A stretch of 56,642 bases of DNA from Lama guanicoe (Eukaryota). The position numbers and the translations under genes are program-made. This document shows positions 49,701 through 56,642 of this stretch, piece by piece. Numbering within the stretch: the stretch's first letter is position 1; every line of letters starts with the position of its first letter. The stretch covers positions 158,308-214,949 of the forward strand of contig MU053661.1 of assembly GCA_013239625.1 (NCBI GenBank), written 5' to 3'. The notes beneath the pieces are model-generated. The model worked only from the letters and a program-made list of their open reading frames with translations, was not told the DNA's origin and did not search any database.

Positions 49701-52700
49701 GTCTCCCTGCAACATAGTTTAAAAAACCCAGACTCTTAAGAACATTGATAGTGACTGGGGAGGAGATAGTTCTTTTTCTGGCCTCCTAAGGGTAAGGCAT
49801 GTATCCGGGGATACACAGAAGAATCGTGCAGTCTGGTCCGGGGGCTTGACCCTTACCAGGGGGAACAGTGCAAGTTTAAAGGGGGAGAAGGGCAGCGGAG
49901 GGAAACTAGCCAGGCCTCGTTTCAGGTACCTGTCAGCCGCCCTACTTGCGTGTTGTATTCACATCCATGACTCCCAGGTGGGCGGTGGCAGCCCCGTTTT
50001 GCGTATTGGGAAGCCTTCTCAGAGGGGTTAAGGAATTGGTCGGTTTAGCGGCTAGTAGATGCTGTAGCAGTATGCAAGCAGGGCCTTGTCAGACTTCACG
50101 GGCATGTTCACTCTACTAATTCCGGTACCTCCCTGTTGTACCTGGAATGGTGAAATGGGTCAATTTTGGAGCCTTTCAGAAAAAGTGCGATTTATGTACC
50201 TCAGGACTGTTTCACAAAGCTCAGTGTTCTTTGATGGTTCGGAAGCAACGCAGTGCTTTTCGTCCCACAGCTGTTAGGTCTTACTCCTTTGACGATGACG
50301 TGGTTGTAGATGACATACAGTTGCAAAACCAGACTTAGCAGCTTCTGAAGGGAAACTCTCCAGTTCTCCCTTGATGGGCTTTCTTCCGCGGGATGTAACC
50401 TGCTGCAGTGTAGGCCTGAGGTTTCCCTATGGAGTGAGGGTTTGATATCCAAAGTTAGCAAAGAAGGGTCAGATGGAGAAAATCGATGTTAACAATTTAT
50501 TTTGGGGTTTCATTAGACAAGATGCACTATCGCTTAATGGCCCATATAACGTATGAAATTGAGTGCAGAACATTGCATTTCTTAATTTCTACTGAGAGCT
50601 GTCTTGCAACGTAAGGTTGTCTGCTTTGAAACTTCAGCTCAGCCACAGCACAGCCACTAGGGCGCCTGTCAGTGTGTTGGTGTGATTGTATTTACACAGT
50701 GCATGTAATTTTGGCTTCCTCAGCCCCAAACACTCCAGTGCAGAATCATAGGCTGTAGCCATCACTTAGTTATACAAATATTTCTAAAACTATATGATAC
50801 CCAAAAAAATAAATAAAAATAAAAAGAGGGAGATTGCCTTTATCAAAGTTCCTTTGGATTTTAACTGCAAACCGTTGTTGAGCAGCTCTGTTTTCCTTTG
50901 GAAATGAATATATACATTTCTTTGCATGTAACTTGGAATATAGACTAGAACACCAAGCTCTTGCTTTCCATGAGCCACAAAAATCATAGCCAAATGACAT
51001 ACGTATTAAACATTTTATTCTTTTCTTCTGAGACAATATCCTTGAATTTGGGACTTGGGCTATGATTTTACTTTTTGCTCTTCCCACCCCTCTTGTCATC
51101 TCAATCCTTTTTCCCACGTGGCCTCCAAGAGGTCATGGTCTCATAGGAGCAGGTGGACAAACACCAGTTGGTTGCCAAGCAGTCTTGCTGTAGATGGAGC
51201 CCAGCCAAGAGCTAAAGGACATCATCAGAGAGGACTTCCTGGAAGAAATTGGCTCTACATTCAGTTCTGAGGACAGAGTAAGAGTCAGCCAGGAGAAGGG
51301 ATCAAGAGGGTGACTCAGGTGGCAGGAGCAGCACAGGCAGAGGCCTGGAGGCTTGTGGGGTGGGGACTTGGGGAGAGGGACATGTGTGGTCCAGGTTGGT
51401 GGGTGCCCCTGCTGGGAAGGACACTGGAGAGGGCCTGGTGTGGAGGGCTTTGGAGGAGCTTGGTTTTTACTAGAACTGACTCAGAGGAGGCAGTGAAGTG
51501 TGTCAGCAGGAAGTGACCCTCAGGAGAGGTTCTCCTGGTTATGCTCCTGATGTTCTACAGAAACAAGGGGTCGGGATGGGGGAGAGCAACTCTGCCTGTC
51601 CCTTTGAGACCCATCCCATCATTCGTTTATTCATAACACATGCAATTCTGAGTGTCTAGGGGAAAGGGTGTTGACTCACAGTAGTAAGAAAATGTAGTTG
51701 CTTCTTGAGAGCTTAGCAGTGTCAGAAGTTGTCTTAGCGTAGAATGTTCTAGGAACACAGCAGTGGCACCTAACCCAAAGTGCGGAGGTTGGAAGGAAGG
51801 AAAGCTTCCTTACAAATAGTCAAAATGAGCCTGGAGGCAAGTGGGAAGTAGCAGCATGTCAGGGGGCGCCTGAGGTCACTGGGGACCTGGGTACTGAGGT
51901 AATGCTGGGTGAGCCGGGTCGGGGATGGGGCTAGAAATCTACCAGGGAGCCCCTGAAGGGTTTGAAGTGGGTTGATGTTATCAAATTTGTGCTTTGGGAA
52001 GGCGCTGCCCTGGCTCCGTGTGCGTGTGTTTAGCAGGGAAGAGGGGGAGGTTGCCACCAACTGGGAGGGTCATTAGAAGACCATTCACAGGTTGGGAGGC
52101 CACCAGTGGGAGAGGGGCGTCGGGGCTGCTTGGGGACTGCAGGGGCAGTGTGGATGCCGAATTTCCTTATGGGGAGGGCTTGTTAGCGAGGTCGCTCTAG
52201 CAGCGCCTTGTGGCTGGAAGAAAACAGATGCAGCCAGGTGGACTTTCCTCTTCTCTCCTTCCCTGCCTTGTGTGATGATCTTAGCTCAGCCAACATTCGG
52301 AACAGAAAAGCTAAGTTCCAGGGTAGCCCAGCACTTTGTTGAGCTCCTTCGAGTGAGATCTGATAGGATTTAGGCTTGTGTTGAGATCTGCATGTTCACT
52401 TAGCTAGAAACGTCCCGTATTTTGGATTTCCATAGGGGTATTTATTCTTCATAAACATTGCTTCCTTGGTGAGAGGAAATTTAATACAGCTGTTGTCTTT
52501 CTAAAAAAAAAATCTTATCTCTTAAGAAATTTAATATTCAAAAGAATAGGAAAATTTAAAAAGATAAAGTTAGACTTTGGTGTAGTTTCTTTGGTTTCTG
52601 AGTTAATGTAGAGTAAGAACCTTTGCATTACTTAATAGCACATCCTTGTCAGTATTTAAAGAGCTGTTAGTGAGCACCCCAGGCCCCACTTCTCAAAGCA

Positions 52701-53220
52701 TCATTAAAGCTTGCACTGAAATAGTGAAGTCATAAAGGTCTTGTTTGCAGAATCCAAACAGTTGGTTTATAATCTGCAGCATAGCTCCCTTTATAAAATA
52801 ATGGTTCAAAATTAAGAAAGTGGAAGATAATTGATCTTTTTTAAGCTGAAACGTAAACTTTCTTGTGCTAATGTTGCAACTGGAAATTTCGAAGAGAAAA
52901 ATCCTACTGTAATATCATCTACGTGAAATACATATAGGTCTATCACGTTTGAAATGTAACTGCGCAGTGTTTTTTGAAGTCAGGACCATTCCAGCTGAAA
53001 TACTGGCAGTGATGGTGGCTGGTTTTCAGTAGAAGACCCTAAATTTGCCTTCTTAGCTTTATTCTTTTCTTTTCTGTTCCCTCTCTCTCCCTTTTTTTTT
53101 TTCTTCTTTTTTGTAATGAGAGGGCTGAGTAGTGCTTTGCTGCCATCATGATTTTGGGGCAGTTTTGTGGCAGATATCATGCACCAGCAGTGAGATATTT
53201 CCATGCATTTTACTTTCCGG

Positions 53221-53341
53221 ACATCACCAGGGCACATGTGTGTTTTGTGCCTGCAGGCTGGGATGCTGCAGGACTCCCTGGTCCATCACCATTATGTCTT
53301 GGAGCTGCTCCAGTCAGTGAATGACTTTCTGTGGCTTGGAG
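53221..53341 (+). pseudogene. TRAPPC9: TRAPPC9-like duplicate (copy B), exon 3 homologue, disabled
   Basis: 53245-53340 reads [32 protein letters not shown] versus recalled [32 protein letters not shown]; donor G|GTAAGG at 53342. The acceptor reads TTTCCGG (AG lost), and the exon is 121 nt versus 146 expected. Confidence 0.92.
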
Positions 53342-53699
53342 GTAAGGTGATCTGATGCAGATGATCAGATGTGTAACTAAAGTACTGTTACTTGAAATAA
53401 GAGAAAACCTAGCAAAAATGGCTTTAAAATACAGGATGAGGGAGGAGAATTGGCTGAGCTGCTTGCAGTGGGGAATATTCTCAGGTGACTCCCTCACTGT
53501 GTCTCCTGTCACTCTCCCCCACAGCCATGCAAGGCAGTCATGCTGAAGCAAGCATGCACTTTCTCAGAAATGCGCTGAATTTCCTTGTGCCTCTGTTTGT
53601 TGGCTTTTTTTTTTTTTGAAAGCACATCATGCACTTTGCTTAAATGACATCCCTGCCTAGTCACCTCTTACACTCATTCTTCTGGACCTCGTCCATACA

Positions 53700-54215
53700 T
53701 AGCTGCTGAATGGATGAACAGAATGTAGTATCTCCATGTAGTGGAACATTATTCAGACATAAGAGTGAATAAAAAAGAAAAAATAAATAATGGGGAATAT
53801 GGAAAAGGCCACCTGCTCTGGGAAGTCCACCCTGACTGCTCAACCGCACTTTTCCCTTTGAAACCCCACCACTTATGCTCCACTCTACTCTATTTGATAG
53901 TACTTACCAGCTTCTAATAAACTTTAACGTTTTAAAAAAAAAAAGAAACAGATGCTGATACCACTTCAAAATGGACAAGCCTTGATAACATCATGTTAAG
54001 TGAAAGGAAGCAGACACAAACGGCCACATATTGTTGATTTCAGTTATCTGAAATGCACAGAATAGGCTCATGTAGAGGCAGAGAGCAGGTGATGGTTGGA
54101 AGGGGCTGGGTGGAGGGGGATTAGGGAGTGACTGCTAGTGACATAGGGATTCTTTTGGGGTGATGAACTGTTCTGGAAATAGATGGTGGTGAGGGCTGCA
54201 CAACCGTGAGTGTGC
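53700..54215 (+). mobile_element. Old L1M 3' fragment (interrupted)
   Basis: GAATGGATGAACAGAATGT...GGAACATTATTCAG...AACATCATGTTAAGTGAAAGGAAGCAGACACAAA...GGGGTGATGAACTGTTCTGGAA. Confidence 0.75.
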
Positions 54216-55304
54216 AGAAGACTGCTGAGCGCTGTCTCTGGGAGGGCCTGTTGTTGGGGCGGCTTTATTTTGTTCTCATCCTGCAATGTGAAGAGTCATC
54301 TTCTGCTGTGGCCGTTCTACTCCTGTGAGTGGTGAGGGTCAGAGACTTTGCAGAGTCATGTGTAATTTTCCCCCATGCTGAGTGTAGGCAAAAAAGGTTT
54401 AAGCCTGAGAAAGTGCTCCATCTGCAGAAATGTTTTTTAGTTTTGCATGGTGTAAAAATCTTGAGAGCTTTTTAATCGTTGAGGGCAGTCTGTGGGGGGA
54501 AACAGCCCGTGAAGCCTGGGTGAGACCTGGAAGAGCCGCGCTTCCCTCCCAGACACGGGTGGGGATTTCACCCCCGTTCAGGCAGTGAAGGGCCCAGACC
54601 CGTGAGCGGATTTGACACTCGTGAGTATTTACGTGTATCCACTGCTTCATCTTGGATATTAATTTCAAGCTGAGTCAGTTTGTGGTGGCAGCCTCATCCT
54701 ACATCAGGAATTTATAGTATCTGCTCTTTGAGGTGAATACCAGACAGACTTGATTATTTAACAGTCTGTCTTCAATTGATGTCTCAGATTCCTTTGTCAA
54801 TAGTAAAACAGCAGAAAAACAGATGTCCTTTAATGCCGATGTGACCTGGGGCATGTTTAGTCTCTGTGCCTCAGTGGCCTTATCTGTGGGTGGGGAAGAT
54901 GATAACAGTGCTTTCCTCAGAGGGGCTGGTGAGGGGAGAGTGAGAAGCACAATGGGAGGACTTACACGAGATGCTCATGAATGACAAAATTTAGTGCTGT
55001 CAGCCTGGTAAGGCCTCAGGGGCAGAGATGTCAGAACAGAGCAGTCCTAGCCGGAGCTCGATCGTGTAGGCAGCTATTATGATCAGTATCACCACTGTGG
55101 GTTATCAGGCAGTTTTAAGACTTGGTAATATGAATTCATAAATAATGTTAAAAGACTAGACAACTCAGATCCGGTTTACATAGTTTTCAAGATTTCCTCT
55201 GAGAAATGGATGTTTTATTCCCCATCTTAAATCTGAGTTGATTCTCTGAAAACTTTCTGTATTCCTCCATCTTTTAACTTTAATTCTCCATTTCTTAAAA
55301 AAAA

Positions 55305-55392
55305 AGTTTTTAAATGGAGTTACTGGGGTCTCAAGTGAGGGCCTCATGCATGCTGAGCACATACTCTCACAAGTGAAGTAAAATCTCCCCCC
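55305..55392 (-). mobile_element. Diverged vic-1-like SINE
   Basis: ATGGAGTTACTGGGG...GGCCTCATGCATGCTGAGCACATACTCT. Confidence 0.6.
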
Positions 55393-55998
55393 TGATTTTT
55401 TTTTAAAATTTAGTTTCTTAGTATTCAGAGGTTAGAGGTCTCTAATTCTTTTTCTGGAGACTTGTCCATGAACCTGTAAATCTATAATTAGTGGACAAAA
55501 TTTGGTTTATTAAAAAAATCAATAGAACATTCTGCAATCTATTCAAAAGTAAAACTTCATTGACATAAAATGTTTCTCCTTTATGGTGATTTCTAATTTT
55601 TGGTATGGCTTAACTTATTAACAGTCATCCTCATCATCATAATTACAAAACTCGCTCTGAGTGGACACCTACCTAAGGCTGAAATGCTTTCCTCATGTTT
55701 TACTTCATAGCAGGTGTTTGAGGGTAGGTATCAGTGTCTCCTTTTTTGCAGCTGAGGGACTAAGAGATGGGGCAGCTGGTCCCAAATCTCATGCAGCTGG
55801 CGGTGGCAGGCTCAGGGCTGGAACCCAGGCTGCACAGGATGCATTCTCAATTGCTCCTCTGATCAGCCCCCATTGAGTGGTTTCCCGAACTCCTGTGACT
55901 CCATAAATGGCCAATTTTAGGGATCTCAGGCTGATGAACCCTTCAAAGGAGAGACACCAGTGAGAATGTGAGACAGTGGCATTAATTAAAATTGTACA

Positions 55999-56642
55999 GG
56001 ACTTCCGGGCAAGATGGCGGAGTAGAAGGACGCTTGTAAGTCACCCTCTCCCACAAATACACCAAGACCCACATCTACAGACCCACTTACCCAACCAGAG
56101 CACCTCCAACAGATCATCGCCCTCTTCAAAAGATAAAGACGCCAAAAATCTGGTAGGAGAAAAGGAAAAAAGAAAGAACAAAAGGCAAAGCAGCGCGGGA
56201 CGGATCCCGCGGGGAGGGAGCGGCAAAGGAGGACTGGCGCTTGCTCGCTGGGTCTCCCCTCTCCAATTGAGAGGCCAGCGGGACGGAGGGGGAGCCTCCA
56301 AGGCTCGGATCTGTACAGAGCAGCCCTTGTCTGACAGAACTAAGTTAAACGGGCACAGAGCGTCCCCCCGACACCGAGCCTGAGACGCGGGCCGGCAGCG
56401 GCAGGCAGGGCCAGGCTGTATAAGCCGGGCGGAGGACGGGGGCGGCTGCACGGAGGCAGCCCCGGGGGACTGCAAGCCGGGGCTGTGGGTGTACAGGACA
56501 GAACAACCTGGGCCCTCCATAAAACAGCAAGGTTGATGTGCTCTTGGGGGAAGGGTGCATACCCCCATCTCTGAAAACCCACGGAAACTTTTCATGGGAA
56601 GAGGGGCGGGGCCCAGGCAGAGCCGCCATATTCTCCGGCGCT
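55999..56642 (+). mobile_element. Young LINE-1 5'UTR, start of a possibly full-length element
   Basis: Begins GGACTTCCGGGCAAGATGGCGG (YY1 motif) after a TT|AAAA endonuclease-type site at 55986-55991; CpG-rich; continues beyond the window. Confidence 0.85.

Noticed and set aside
7237..53341. Interpretation as the authentic TRAPPC9 gene or as a processed pseudogene
   Set aside because: Exon order, divergence and lesions exclude the orthologue; introns and splice sites exclude retroposition.
55976..56629. ORFs of 80-184 aa at the right edge
   Set aside because: They lie in the GC-rich L1 5'UTR and show no ORF1p similarity.

Overview
Mammalian genomic DNA, most likely camelid (several vic-1-type tRNA-derived SINEs), with two assembly gaps and no intact canonical gene. 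The main content is a set of diverged, intron-containing copies of TRAPPC9 (NIBP) exons, all on the + strand but out of order: exon 6 (7237-7357), exon 7 (14127-14250), a CpG-island promoter/exon-1 region (~38700-39800), exon 2 (44301-44873) and exon 3 (53221-53341). Exon numbering and reference peptides are recalled from human TRAPPC9, not searched. The simplest reading is the junction of two head-to-tail partial TRAPPC9 duplication units. Frameshifts come in compensating pairs: -1/-5 inside exon 2, and -1/-2 across the exon 6/7 splice junction, with the first stop falling on the last codon of exon 7. This raises the possibility of a truncated TRAPPC9-derived gene family. Against that, exon 3 of the downstream copy is disabled and exon 2 shows CpG-decay substitutions. 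The rest is repeats: a ~7.7-kb decayed class I ERV provirus, seven further LTR copies, L1 fragments, SINEs, MIR/L2 and DNA-transposon relics. The L1s include a young 5'UTR at the right edge and, at the left edge, an L1 whose 5' tip is fused to inter-ORF-like sequence.
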